Virus record (IMG/VR): IMGVR_UViG_3300020179_000005 | Coordinates: 124,001-188,000 of that record | DNA: 64,000 bases | Reading direction: 5' to 3' (one strand) | Shown: one piece after another, positions 20,974-30,925 of the stretch | Layout of the letters: the number at the start of each line of letters is the position of its first letter | How positions within the stretch are numbered: the stretch's first letter is position 1 | Notes under the pieces: model-generated | The model's database searches: none | The model's input: the letters and a program-made list of their open reading frames with translations, nothing else | Told to the model about the DNA's origin: nothing | Program-made: the position numbers and the translations under genes

Positions 20974-23016
20974 ATGAAAGCAATAAGGTGGATTAACAGG
21001 TTCCAAGACAACTCGTTTCAAGAGATCGAAGTTGATCTAGACAATCTGAAAGCAAAGAACACTTATCAGTTAGTAGAAATCATGCGTCAACTCAACATAA
21101 TCGAGAACAAGCTAGAAACAGGTATTGGTATTGTTGTTGATGAAAACGACCAAAAAGTGGCCGATTGGTTCACTTTCCCAAATCTCAAAGTCTTGATTTA
21201 TGATGAGATTGATGAGTTGGCTGCTAATGAACAAAATGCTGCTCGTGAATCAAAGAACATGATCAGCGGGTACAGGTTTCGGAAATTTGGAACAACGGAA
21301 GTTGGAAAGAACCTTTGGCCAGAGTCACGGTATTATTTAGCACAGATCGTCAATGCTGAGACCGGTGAAGTAGATAAGAACATGTTGGGACAATGGGGTT
21401 ACACCAAGCATGACTGGGGTCAGTGGATATGGGGCCTAGAAGTTAATCTCAATAAGAGAAAGAATGGCAAGGGGTGGACAATTCATTGTTCTTTAAGTGC
21501 GACTTATTACAACAACTATGAATCAATATCAGATGAAAGAAGCAAGAATTATGACCCCCTTTATGTCAAGCTCACAAACGCACTTGAAACAGCGGGAATT
21601 AAAATGAAGCACAAGAAAACGTGCACGACTTTCTTTCAACCAATGAAAGAAATGATCTTTGTCAATGAAACTAAGGTTGGAGTACGTTGCTTGACCACAA
21701 AAGTCGATAAAAATGGATTCAAACCATTGTGGGGGCAATCTCTTTCTCAGCAATTGAAATTCAAGTTTCTACAGGGTGAAGTACAGATTTTGGTCAATGA
21801 TGCGTATCGTTGTCTAGAAAAGGTATACAAGAAGACAGACATTTTGCCAATTTGTGAAAACCTGTCATTTGACAGAATTTTCCCAGACGAATACAATAGT
21901 TTGAGCTACCCCATGCCGACTCAACTGTATGGAATAACTCAAGATCAGTTGCGTTATCTTTCTGGTGCCAAAAACATTCACCAAGCATTAAATAATGCTT
22001 TTGGTACTCCTGTAGAGAAAATGGGCAAAGAAGAATCACGGTATATCTTTCTTGAGATTCCTATCAAAGAAAATTCTGGAATTACAAGAAGAGCATTTGG
22101 TGGGCAACAACAATTCAAGCATTGGCACCATTTGTGCTCGGCCATTCAAATGGTCAGAATGTTCAAAGCATTTGGACTTAATTTCTTTGAACAAATGAAG
22201 ATTGATTTTGTTCTGCCACCAATACCTGTAATGCACAAGGTTGAAAGACTTGGAGGCGATCAGAATTATGCGATATACCCAATAAGAACAGGGTCTAATC
22301 CGGGGAATTACCGTATATACAATGACATACAGAACATGCAAAAGTACTTCAAGACCTTTGGTGCAACAACTGCATACAAGAATCAAATCTTGCAGACTTT
22401 TACATGGGACGAAACTGATACAAAGAAGCTGGAAGAGCTCGCAAAAGAACCACATCGCACCCACGCCACCGCAGCGTGTGAGCGTCAGAATCAGATCTAT
22501 CATCTATTAAATCAAGTTGCTGACACTCTTTCTTCATTGAAGAAAATTCCTGTTGGAAATCGCAGAAAAGCGGTTATTGAACAGGTAAAGAGGCAGAAGT
22601 ATGACTTTGATCAAACTCACGATTACGTAGTTACAGAAGCAATGAAATACAAGAATGAAGCCAGGCCAACGAAAAATACCAGGTTGATCAATTCGTTCGA
22701 TGGCAAAGAAATCATTGATGGAGTAATCTTCAGGGCTCCTAAGACCACGCATGATCTTTACCTGTGGGGTACACAACAGAACAACTGCATCGGAACTTCT
22801 TGGGCAGAAGTTGTTGCCGACAGATATCAATTCATCGTTGGCTTTGAATATGCAGATACGGGTAAGTGGATTGGACATGCAAGGTTCGTACTCCTTGATT
22901 CCGGCAAAGAGCTTGAAATTCAAGAGTTTCGAGGTAAGGGTGAAGAGCCACGAGAAGATCTACGTAAAGAGCTTGTCAAGTGGATGAAGAGCAATTTGGT
23001 AAAGAAGGAAAACTAA
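20974..23016 (+). CDS. 680-aa protein with C-terminal PcfJ-like domain
   Basis: FRAPKTTHDLYLWGTQQNNCIG…IQEFRGK resembles the PcfJ motif. Confidence 0.6.
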   Translation: MKAIRWINRFQDNSFQEIEVDLDNLKAKNTYQLVEIMRQLNIIENKLETGIGIVVDENDQKVADWFTFPNLKVLIYDEIDELAANEQNAARESKNMISGYRFRKFGTTEVGKNLWPESRYYLAQIVNAETGEVDKNMLGQWGYTKHDWGQWIWGLEVNLNKRKNGKGWTIHCSLSATYYNNYESISDERSKNYDPLYVKLTNALETAGIKMKHKKTCTTFFQPMKEMIFVNETKVGVRCLTTKVDKNGFKPLWGQSLSQQLKFKFLQGEVQILVNDAYRCLEKVYKKTDILPICENLSFDRIFPDEYNSLSYPMPTQLYGITQDQLRYLSGAKNIHQALNNAFGTPVEKMGKEESRYIFLEIPIKENSGITRRAFGGQQQFKHWHHLCSAIQMVRMFKAFGLNFFEQMKIDFVLPPIPVMHKVERLGGDQNYAIYPIRTGSNPGNYRIYNDIQNMQKYFKTFGATTAYKNQILQTFTWDETDTKKLEELAKEPHRTHATAACERQNQIYHLLNQVADTLSSLKKIPVGNRRKAVIEQVKRQKYDFDQTHDYVVTEAMKYKNEARPTKNTRLINSFDGKEIIDGVIFRAPKTTHDLYLWGTQQNNCIGTSWAEVVADRYQFIVGFEYADTGKWIGHARFVLLDSGKELEIQEFRGKGEEPREDLRKELVKWMKSNLVKKEN

Positions 23017-23132
23017 TAAATATTCTTTAGCCGACTGATATAAGACTAGTATATTTAACTACATTACTAGTCTTTTTTTTTATGACTAGGAATATGGTTT
23101 CCTAGTCAAGGGTCTTAGGAGGGCCCAAAACA

Positions 23133-23672
23133 ATGAAAGCAAACCGCTACTACATCGCTGGGACTGGCTCTCGTGAGCTGATTCTGGATGTTGACAAGCG
23201 TCGTGAGGTCCGTGATTATCTTGCGGACCTTCTGACAAAGGCAAAGGAAAAGCATGGTGACAAGTTGATTGTCATCAGCGGAATGGCAGAAGGCTTTGAT
23301 GAAGCACTTGCTCGTGCTGCAATCATGGCTGATGTGTCGTTTATCGCGGCAATTCCCAGCCCTGATTACATTGAGTACTACTGGGGTAAAACCAGTATGC
23401 TCAGGCGTAACAGAATGAGTGAAGCACAGGAAATCCTGTCAAAGGCACAAGAAATCGTTTACGTGTGCCCATCAAGCCCAAGCAAACGTGGCAATGGCGT
23501 TAAGTATCCGCAAAACGGTGGTGCAAACATCGACCGAAACGAGTGGATGGTCGACCATGCAAACATTGTCTGGGTGTACAATCCAACTACTCCAGGTACC
23601 GCTAGGTGCTATGCCTACCTCAAGAAGGTTGGCAAGCCCGCATTTATCATTGACACCACTAAAAAGCTTTAA
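23133..23672 (+). CDS. SLOG-superfamily (YspA/DUF1273-like) nucleotide-binding protein
   Basis: IAGTGSR, VISGMAEGFD, AAIP, RNEWMVD, GT..C motifs. Confidence 0.75.
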   Translation: MKANRYYIAGTGSRELILDVDKRREVRDYLADLLTKAKEKHGDKLIVISGMAEGFDEALARAAIMADVSFIAAIPSPDYIEYYWGKTSMLRRNRMSEAQEILSKAQEIVYVCPSSPSKRGNGVKYPQNGGANIDRNEWMVDHANIVWVYNPTTPGTARCYAYLKKVGKPAFIIDTTKKL

Positions 23673-23795
23673 CCAGCTAATTGGTTGGTAATAAGGGATC
23701 TATATATGGCTAGTAAATTTAACTATATTACTAGTCTTTTATTTTTTATGGTTAGCCATCCGGCTACCAAAATCAACAATGGGGAGGAAAAACCC

Positions 23796-24227
23796 ATGAG
23801 TAAGCGGTTTGATCAAGAAATACAGAAGGCAATACAGAAGGGTTACGTTGAAGGACTGACCATCAAGTGCGAGCGATGTGCTGGCACTGGATTGTGGCCA
23901 ACCATCGAAGATCCGGAAGGCTTGCACCACAAGTGCTTTCGGTGCGATGGAACTGGACAAGTTCAGATAATGAGCATCGCGCAAGTTGCACTCATCAGGA
24001 AACTGATGTATGTGGACCAAGTTATTGCCAGGGAGTCCGCTTTCGGAGGCACTACCGCGCAATGGTCACGTATCGAATACAAGATGGCTGGCCATTTGGC
24101 TGGCATGCCCTATCTGTCAATGGCAGAAGGCAGAAAAATCATTGGTGAACTGATGAACTCGAAGAAGACCAAGGAAAAAGAAAGCCTTGATCAATGCGAG
24201 ATCGACTTCGGTCACATCTACGAATAA
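23796..24227 (+). CDS. Protein with DnaJ-type zinc-finger repeats
   Basis: CERCAGTG and CFRCDGTG. Confidence 0.7.
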   Translation: MSKRFDQEIQKAIQKGYVEGLTIKCERCAGTGLWPTIEDPEGLHHKCFRCDGTGQVQIMSIAQVALIRKLMYVDQVIARESAFGGTTAQWSRIEYKMAGHLAGMPYLSMAEGRKIIGELMNSKKTKEKESLDQCEIDFGHIYE

Positions 24228-24372
24228 CAAGGCAAGCAAGAAAAGAAGAAGGGGTCCAAAAGGGCCCCTTTTTCTTTATGACTAGTACTTAGACTTCAAG
24301 TATCAGTCAGGGTTGAAGTGTCGTTTCCCAAATCAAAAATGACGCAATGTACATCCATACAAGGAGGATGAC

Positions 24373-24690
24373 ATGAACAAGCAAATCAAGTGCGGTGCCT
24401 GCGGGCATACGCACCCGACCGTGGCAGAGGTATTCAGCTGCCACAACACACTGGGGGTTTTCAAACTCCAGGAAGCGGATGAACTGGCGAAAGACATGCC
24501 AAAGCGCCAGTTCGTCAAGACTCCAAAGGCACAGGAGCCCAAGACCTACCAGGTCCATGTGTTCCCGACCAAGGAGGGCGCCGAGGCATTCATTGCCAAA
24601 ACGCCAAAGACCCGACTCGGAACGACGAAAGTCAAGTACGTGGACGGACAGCCCGAGAAGACCTATCAGGTCATCGAGAGCTTGAAGTAA
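24373..24690 (+). CDS. Hypothetical protein with N-terminal CxxCxxxH..C zinc site
   Basis: AAGGAGG RBS; KCGACGHTH…SC. Confidence 0.65.
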   Translation: MNKQIKCGACGHTHPTVAEVFSCHNTLGVFKLQEADELAKDMPKRQFVKTPKAQEPKTYQVHVFPTKEGAEAFIAKTPKTRLGTTKVKYVDGQPEKTYQVIESLK

Positions 24691-24838
24691 TAACCTAGCA
24701 GGGGAAAGAAGTCACCCCTGCAAACCAAGAGTCGGGTTCAGCCGACAGTAGAAGGGGCTTCGGCCCCTTTTACTTTATGACTAGTACTTAGGTCTCTATT
24801 CTGAGGCCGCTAGTAGCTCAAGAGAAAGGAAACTCATC

Positions 24839-27481
24839 ATGAGCGCAATCAACCAAGCGGTGAAGGGCGAAATCCCGATCATCGCATTCCTGTCAGGAAA
24901 GTGGCGAATCCTGACCAACAATCCCAGGGCACACGAAAAGTCTGCTCTGGAACTGTTCAGGGATACCAAAGAGCCAATCCAAGTCCAGACACGGACTCCA
25001 CAAGGTAGGACAATTTCCAACTACCTGATGGAAATCCACAATGGAACCTGGATCTACCCTGCGTTGAGCAAGTTGAACAAAAGAGGATTCACATTCCGAC
25101 TTGGTTCAATCTCAATCAGTGACCTAAAGCATGAAATCAAGTTGAAGAGGACCAATATCGACCTGTTGGTTGATGGATCCACTTTTGCTTGGGCAAATGC
25201 GACCTATGCATTCTTCCTTTACATCGATGGAATGGATCGTGAGATCTTCAGCCTCGAGGCAATGGACATGATTGCACTGGATGCAAAGAAGACACCAAAG
25301 CGACTGCAAGAAGTTGGTCGTTCATGCCAGATGTACAAGTCTGGTAAGTTCGACGAACTGAGCTGCTTGATGTTGGTGGACCCCAGCAATGAAATCCCAG
25401 AAGCTGAACATGATCACGGACCGGGTAACTGGCCTGCTGCTCGTGAAGAAGTCACCCTGGAGATGAGCCCTGATGGCAATAATTGCAATCCGTACGACGG
25501 ACCAATCATTGTCAGTCAGAGCTTCTTGCGGGAGATGTGCTACAAGATGGAAGAAGGTCATGAAAAGCGCCGTATGATTGCAATGATCATGGGCAACAAG
25601 ATTGACCGGTTCATCTTCCGACTGAGGACTCCGTACGGACTCGTAAAGGGTTTGGGTTTGTGCAGGCCTGACAGGGTGATGTCTCATGATGTCATCTTCC
25701 ACAGCAGTGCAATCAAGCCGGAGTTCCATTCGGATGGCAACAACTATCTGGCAACGGCGTTCATTCACGAGAACATCCACACGGCGATGTGGGACATGCA
25801 GAGCACGTTCCACAATCACGATTGGTTGTTCACCGAAGAGCGTTTCGTTCAGGACTCAGAGTCATTGGTGGATGACATCACCAAATCGTTCGCAGACAAC
25901 AAAGTGCCGGACTTCATCTTGCACCAAGTAAAGTTTGCTCATGACGAAGCTGGTGTGCACCACGAAGAACCTGTAGTGGCTGGTTGGAAGACCGCTGTTG
26001 TCAGGTGGCTTGAGGCAGGGAATGATCTGTCTGCTTCTGCTTGCTTTAACAGGCTGGCGATTGGTTCTGTAGAAATGCAGATGCAATCAGCACGAGACAA
26101 CAACCGTTGGTGGCTGCCAATGAGCAATGCATTCATGGCAACCGTCAACACCTATGCTGCCTTGGAGCACATGGCGATGATGGACCTTCCGGAAGAGAAG
26201 CGCAATTGTGTCTTCTATCTGGAGAATGTTGGTGTGGTAATTCCCACCGACAGGTTCGTTGATACCGCTGTGTTGCATGACACATGGGATCAAGACGGTG
26301 ATCAAGCCAAGTTCATCTGGATCAAAATCTGGTGCAGCCAGTATGGTCGAGAGAAACTGGAGAAGCTGTATTCGGACTCGGTACTGCCAGTCAACATGAT
26401 TGTGCCAGAGACACCGGAGGAAGCCATCGACGTCTGCGTAGTGATTCGTTCACCAAACGGACCAGGTGGGTACAGCATTGAGTGGTTTGATGCAGAGACC
26501 ATGCCATGGCACAGGCGTAATGACGAGCGGGTTCCGGTCATCGACTTGAACACTGCTCCATTCGGCATGTCGACTTTGCTGGAGACCTCTGAGCGAGGAG
26601 AGATTCCTCATTCAGTGGAGTACACCAGCAGGATGATCACACGAGACAACGTCAAACGGATGATCAGGGCACAGTTGGTAAATCCCAACGTAGGTACGTA
26701 TGCCAACTTGATCATGGCTTACTCTGCAATCATGGGAGTGAGCTATCCTGAGTGGCTGCCGGCAAACAGCAACGATGTGATCGACACCAATCAACAGGAG
26801 GCGGACATCGATTCCTTCCTCTACCTGAAGTTTGGAATGTTGCACATGCAAAAGTTGATCGTGAATGAAATCATTCGCGAACAGGTGCCTGTTGACAAGT
26901 TCGTGTTCAAGACACGTCTGTCGATTGGCATGGACGAAACAGATCAGGACATGCTTGAGGACATTCTGGTGGATGGCAAATTCACCCGTATGGACAATGT
27001 GAACAAGCACACCCTGGATCAAGTCAAGAAGATGATCGTTGAAGTTTCATTCGGTCGTCGTCTGGAATCTGAAACTCGTCAGTTGGTCATGGACAAATTG
27101 TCGATAGTCAAGCCGGAACACGTCGAATGGGCAAGTGGACTCTTCAAGGAGTTCGATGTGCGCCTCAAGCGTGCAGATGCAAAGTACCACTCCTCAGTGG
27201 CCAAGGCCGGTAAACTCGGGTTCAACAGCAAGTATCTCAAGATGTTTGCCGAAACCGAGCGCAGCAGGGAAATTGGCGATATTCAATCGGACCTGTACAA
27301 CAGGATCAATTCACACACAGCACCAGAAAAGTGGGCTGTACTGCTGTACCGGTACATCGTGGATCCGAGCCTGAACTCTGGCAAGTACGGTCTCAGTGAC
27401 CGGATCATCTTCCAGAATGGCCAGGAAGGACAACCCACGGTCATGGACCTGTTGATCCAAGGTTTGGCTGACCTCAAGTAA
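24839..27481 (+). CDS. Single-chain two-barrel RNA polymerase, YonO/cellular-RdRP-like (paralogue 1)
   Basis: Motifs YDGPIIVS, FRLRTPYGLVKG, WDQDGD (DxDGD), IRSPNG, NVGTYAN, DVID. Confidence 0.75.
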   Translation: MSAINQAVKGEIPIIAFLSGKWRILTNNPRAHEKSALELFRDTKEPIQVQTRTPQGRTISNYLMEIHNGTWIYPALSKLNKRGFTFRLGSISISDLKHEIKLKRTNIDLLVDGSTFAWANATYAFFLYIDGMDREIFSLEAMDMIALDAKKTPKRLQEVGRSCQMYKSGKFDELSCLMLVDPSNEIPEAEHDHGPGNWPAAREEVTLEMSPDGNNCNPYDGPIIVSQSFLREMCYKMEEGHEKRRMIAMIMGNKIDRFIFRLRTPYGLVKGLGLCRPDRVMSHDVIFHSSAIKPEFHSDGNNYLATAFIHENIHTAMWDMQSTFHNHDWLFTEERFVQDSESLVDDITKSFADNKVPDFILHQVKFAHDEAGVHHEEPVVAGWKTAVVRWLEAGNDLSASACFNRLAIGSVEMQMQSARDNNRWWLPMSNAFMATVNTYAALEHMAMMDLPEEKRNCVFYLENVGVVIPTDRFVDTAVLHDTWDQDGDQAKFIWIKIWCSQYGREKLEKLYSDSVLPVNMIVPETPEEAIDVCVVIRSPNGPGGYSIEWFDAETMPWHRRNDERVPVIDLNTAPFGMSTLLETSERGEIPHSVEYTSRMITRDNVKRMIRAQLVNPNVGTYANLIMAYSAIMGVSYPEWLPANSNDVIDTNQQEADIDSFLYLKFGMLHMQKLIVNEIIREQVPVDKFVFKTRLSIGMDETDQDMLEDILVDGKFTRMDNVNKHTLDQVKKMIVEVSFGRRLESETRQLVMDKLSIVKPEHVEWASGLFKEFDVRLKRADAKYHSSVAKAGKLGFNSKYLKMFAETERSREIGDIQSDLYNRINSHTAPEKWAVLLYRYIVDPSLNSGKYGLSDRIIFQNGQEGQPTVMDLLIQGLADLK

Positions 27482-27739
27482 TTAATCCTTTATTGATTGT
27501 GAATACCTATGGGTATTCTAAATAGGTCTCTCTGGCTGGCTAGGCTCTAGGTTGCTTGGCTGGCTTGGGTTGTTGCGTGTTGACTCTTCTTACGGGTCTA
27601 ACGCGCAAAATAGGGGTCTTTCCCCGTTTGGCGTTGCTGAACGGGTTTGACTCTGAAAATAGGGGCTCATTCCCGAGCCTCTTCAGGCGGTCACTGCCTG
27701 CGTAAGAAAGTGGCAAAGCGGTCAAGGAGCCGCAGCAAT

Positions 27740-28252
27740 ATGAAGCAGATACTGAAGGCGCTCTACGCCAACAATGATTGGCAGGAGCGAGTGAACACCG
27801 AGACGGGCAAGCGATTCTGGCAGGTGCTAGTTGGGCCTGTTGGCTTTGATGCCGTTTCGGCGGAAGACCGTCAGGTCAACGCGTACAACTGGGCAATCAA
27901 CGAAGATGACCAGTTGACCGTGGAAGTGGACGGTGCCAAGCACTCAGTGAACCTGAAGTCCTATGTGGACGAAGTGGTTCGCAGTGCGACTGGTGGAATC
28001 AACCCGAAGGGTGTGTTGCGCGTCTTGTGCGACGACATCGTGCTGGGGAAGGCCACCGAGTTGACCTACAAGGATGGCAGCGTCCACCCGCAAATCACGG
28101 TGTACCCCGTGAACTTCGTGGTTGAGACCTACCAGCGGAGCAGGCCAGCAGCGGTGAAGATGGACAACGCAGCGTTCGCAGCGCTGAAGAGTCGGATGTC
28201 GCAGCCGACGCGGCCAGTGGTGGTCGCTGAGAGCAGTGACGCACCGTTCTGA
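27740..28252 (+). CDS. Hypothetical protein, possibly SSB-like (acidic C-terminal SSDAPF)
   Basis: AAGGAG RBS; beta-rich body; GC-rich codons; followed by a GC hairpin. Confidence 0.55.
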   Translation: MKQILKALYANNDWQERVNTETGKRFWQVLVGPVGFDAVSAEDRQVNAYNWAINEDDQLTVEVDGAKHSVNLKSYVDEVVRSATGGINPKGVLRVLCDDIVLGKATELTYKDGSVHPQITVYPVNFVVETYQRSRPAAVKMDNAAFAALKSRMSQPTRPVVVAESSDAPF

Positions 28253-28468
28253 CCGAACGGCGGAATGTGTTGGTGGGGGGGCTTCGGCCCCCCTGCCAAT
28301 AAAAAATTGGTCTAGGTATATAGGTTCTTGCTATCCCTCCTTGGGGACACCCAGTCCGGCGGTGCTATGCACTTCTCACCGTCGGGCTGGGTCGTCTTTT
28401 CGTGTGGGTGCTTGAATGGTAATACAAAAAAAATAGGGGTAACATCCAAGTCAACAGTGGAGGGCATC

Positions 28469-28675
28469 ATGCCTAAGCAATCAGTGAATCCAGTAATTCC
28501 GTTTGAAGTAATGATTCCCAAGCGGGGAGATAGGTCTCAGGTGTTGGCGGAAATCGTCAGCATCGTCGAGAACGCACCTTCTTCCAAGTGGGACAAGTAC
28601 CAAAGTGCAGAACAAGAGTTCCATCTCTTCAATGTGATGGCAGCTTCCTCAATCCCGGAGGACAATAACGTATAA
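28469..28675 (+). CDS. Hypothetical protein
   Basis: GGAGG RBS before ATG 28469. Confidence 0.55.
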   Translation: MPKQSVNPVIPFEVMIPKRGDRSQVLAEIVSIVENAPSSKWDKYQSAEQEFHLFNVMAASSIPEDNNV

Positions 28676-28679
28676 GATG

Positions 28680-29150
28680 TTTCCCTGTACAACCGTAATC
28701 ACATGCAGGGTTATGCCATCGGGCGAAGAACCGATGTTAGCGGAGAATGGTTGGATTGTCCGGGTTTATTCTGTGTCGGCCCTTAAGTGGAAGTACGTAC
28801 AGGATAGACGAAACTTATTGTGAACTGGGCTGGCCCGTCCCAAAGGATGTCGGAGTCTGTTGATATCTTCGGAGCAACAGACAGGGCGCTATTAATGGGA
28901 GATTGATGTCCCGTGGATACATCAATGGTGTAATTGCAGCATCAGACAGCTCTTGCTGACATACCAAGTAGACAAAGTGCAGTAGTATGTCACAGAATTA
29001 AAAGTGGGGAAGGCGTTCGCAACTCCCCATGGTTATGGGACTGGCTTAAATGCCGGGCCATTGACGGGTTTCGGTTCAACCGAGTAATGTCCCATCTGGC
29101 TGACCCACCTACGGCGAACCTAGTGGGTGGGGCGCAAGCCCTGCCCACTC
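28680..29150 (+). ncRNA. Candidate large structured non-coding RNA
   Basis: No convincing ORF; dense hairpins (CATCGG/CCGATG, TCTGTTG/CAACAGA, ATTGATGT/ACATCAAT, TGACATAC/GTATGTCA, TGGGGA/TCCCCA, GTGGGTGGGGC-GCAA-GCCCTGCCCAC). Confidence 0.6.
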
Positions 29151-29226
29151 GATAATAATATATAAAAAAATTTTTTATTAGCTTATAATTCTAAAAATTT
29201 ACACTAGAAAAATAGGGGGGTGTTTC

Positions 29227-30286
29227 ATGACGCAAGAATGGACAGATTTGGTGCCCAAGTGCACCATACACAATGTTCCGATGAGAGTAAAACAACTGAC
29301 ACTCACTGAAGAACGCGAAGTTCGTGATTGTGACCTGATCATTGACGACACGCGCAAACACTGGGTTTGTGATTCGTGCCGCATTGTTTGGGTTTCCATC
29401 ATTGAGAACAACGAGATGAATGTACTTGGTATTCCAAGGTCGCACTAAAAATAGGGGTAATTATGAAATATGTGTTATTGCCAGTAATGTGGAAAATAAA
29501 GAATGCTTGTTGGCGCATAGCCGTCAAATTGAGCAAACTTGAATACACGATACTTGATCGTATCGATGCAATTGATCCCCACTATGCCGATAGGCAGTGG
29601 GCTAAGAAAATATTCAACAAAAACAAAGGGGTAAAGTAATGTCATCATGGAAGTTAACCAAAGCAGTAATGCGTGCTCAACTAATCTGGATGGTCATCGC
29701 ATTTTCGGTAATGTTCATCGTCGGTTTGTTTGTGACCAAGGACAAGGTTCCAAGCAAAAGGACCAAGGATGGTTTCAAGACCGAAGAGATGCAGTCCGTC
29801 TACGATCACTATCTGAATAAGGAGATGAAGTATGGCAAGTCCTGAAAACACCAAATGGTGGAAGGAATCCGAACGCTTGAAGGAAAAAAACAAGCGTCGT
29901 TCTGCCCGCCGCAAAGCAAATCCCGGTTTCCATAATCCCAGAGCCAAAAAGAAAGAGAGTGAATAATGTACATATTCCACGAAAACCAATACGACACCGA
30001 TAGCAGCAGTATCTACGGGTTCTTTGTCTACCGCAAAGACGGAAAGTCCATGCCCAAGGGTATGATCACTTCGTTCAATGCGATGTGGTACAAAGCCTTG
30101 GATAGGTTCCCTTCTTTCAGCCAGATCGAGTTCGCCGTTCAATCACCAACTGGTGACTCGTCAGACCACTTCGACTACACGATGCCCTGTGCGAATTTCG
30201 AACAGGCAAAAGCCATTGTGGACAACTATCGTGCAGGCTTGTACGAAATGCTGGGTGAAATTCGTAAAGAGGAGTTGTACTCATGA
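29227..30286 (+). CDS. Run of small hypothetical genes (29227..29448, 29639..29845, 29966..30286 and short ORFs between)
   Basis: Overlapping start/stop codons with RBSs. Confidence 0.55.
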
Positions 30287-30631
30287 AACCGATCACTAAA
30301 ATTGGTTTGATCGTCACCACGATTGCATTCCTAATTTCTGGTGCAGCATACAAGTTCCGGCGAAAGCCGGGCTTGTAATGCTGTTACCGGGAATATTCAC
30401 GGCAATCATTCTAAATCTTATTGTCATAGTCTTGGTCGGATTGGCCAAGGTTAATGACGATAGAAAAAAATAACACTAGCCTTCCTGTTTTAAAAATTCC
30501 TAGGAAAATAGGGGTCATATTGAAGGGAGGTGATGCGTGTTTGATTGGTTGTTCGATCTAATCACTGAACTAATAGATGCAATATTCGGAACATATGAAG
30601 AATTCTAACAACAAAAGAAAGAGGTAATGTC

Positions 30632-30832
30632 ATGCGTAAGTTAGGTAAACTGTTGGGCAAGACAACCGCCCAAACAAAGAACCTCGCCAAGTCCACCAAG
30701 AGTGGTGGTAAGGCTGCGATCAGCAAGACAAAGTCAACATTGGTAACGGCCAAAGACGACTTCGTTGCTGGTTACAAGGAACAGGCTGGTGGAGAAAGTT
30801 CCTCACCAATCGTTCCTGAATCAGGCGATTGA
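30632..30832 (+). CDS. Small Lys-rich hypothetical protein
   Basis: GAGGT RBS. Confidence 0.55.
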   Translation: MRKLGKLLGKTTAQTKNLAKSTKSGGKAAISKTKSTLVTAKDDFVAGYKEQAGGESSSPIVPESGD

Positions 30833-30925
30833 AATACAAAATAGGGGATCGTTCAGCAGTGAACTTTCCTTCAGCAATACATCATATCATATCAAACAAT
30901 AAAACACAAAGGAAAAAAACATATT

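Larger units (their letters stand above)
12936..24784 (+). promoter_or_regulatory. Dispersed conserved motif TTTATGRCTAG, 17 copies, candidate phage promoter
   Basis: Starts at 12936, 13498, 14662, 16698 (variant), 16820, 17136, 17261, 17742, 18079, 18738, 19497, 19911, 20919, 23079, 23745 (variant), 24275, 24774; all intergenic, same strand, after a T tract. Confidence 0.75.

Noticed and set aside
12936-24784. Classical integron with attC sites
   Set aside because: No tyrosine integrase is present in the window, and the repeats lack RYYYAAC/GTTRRRY ends.
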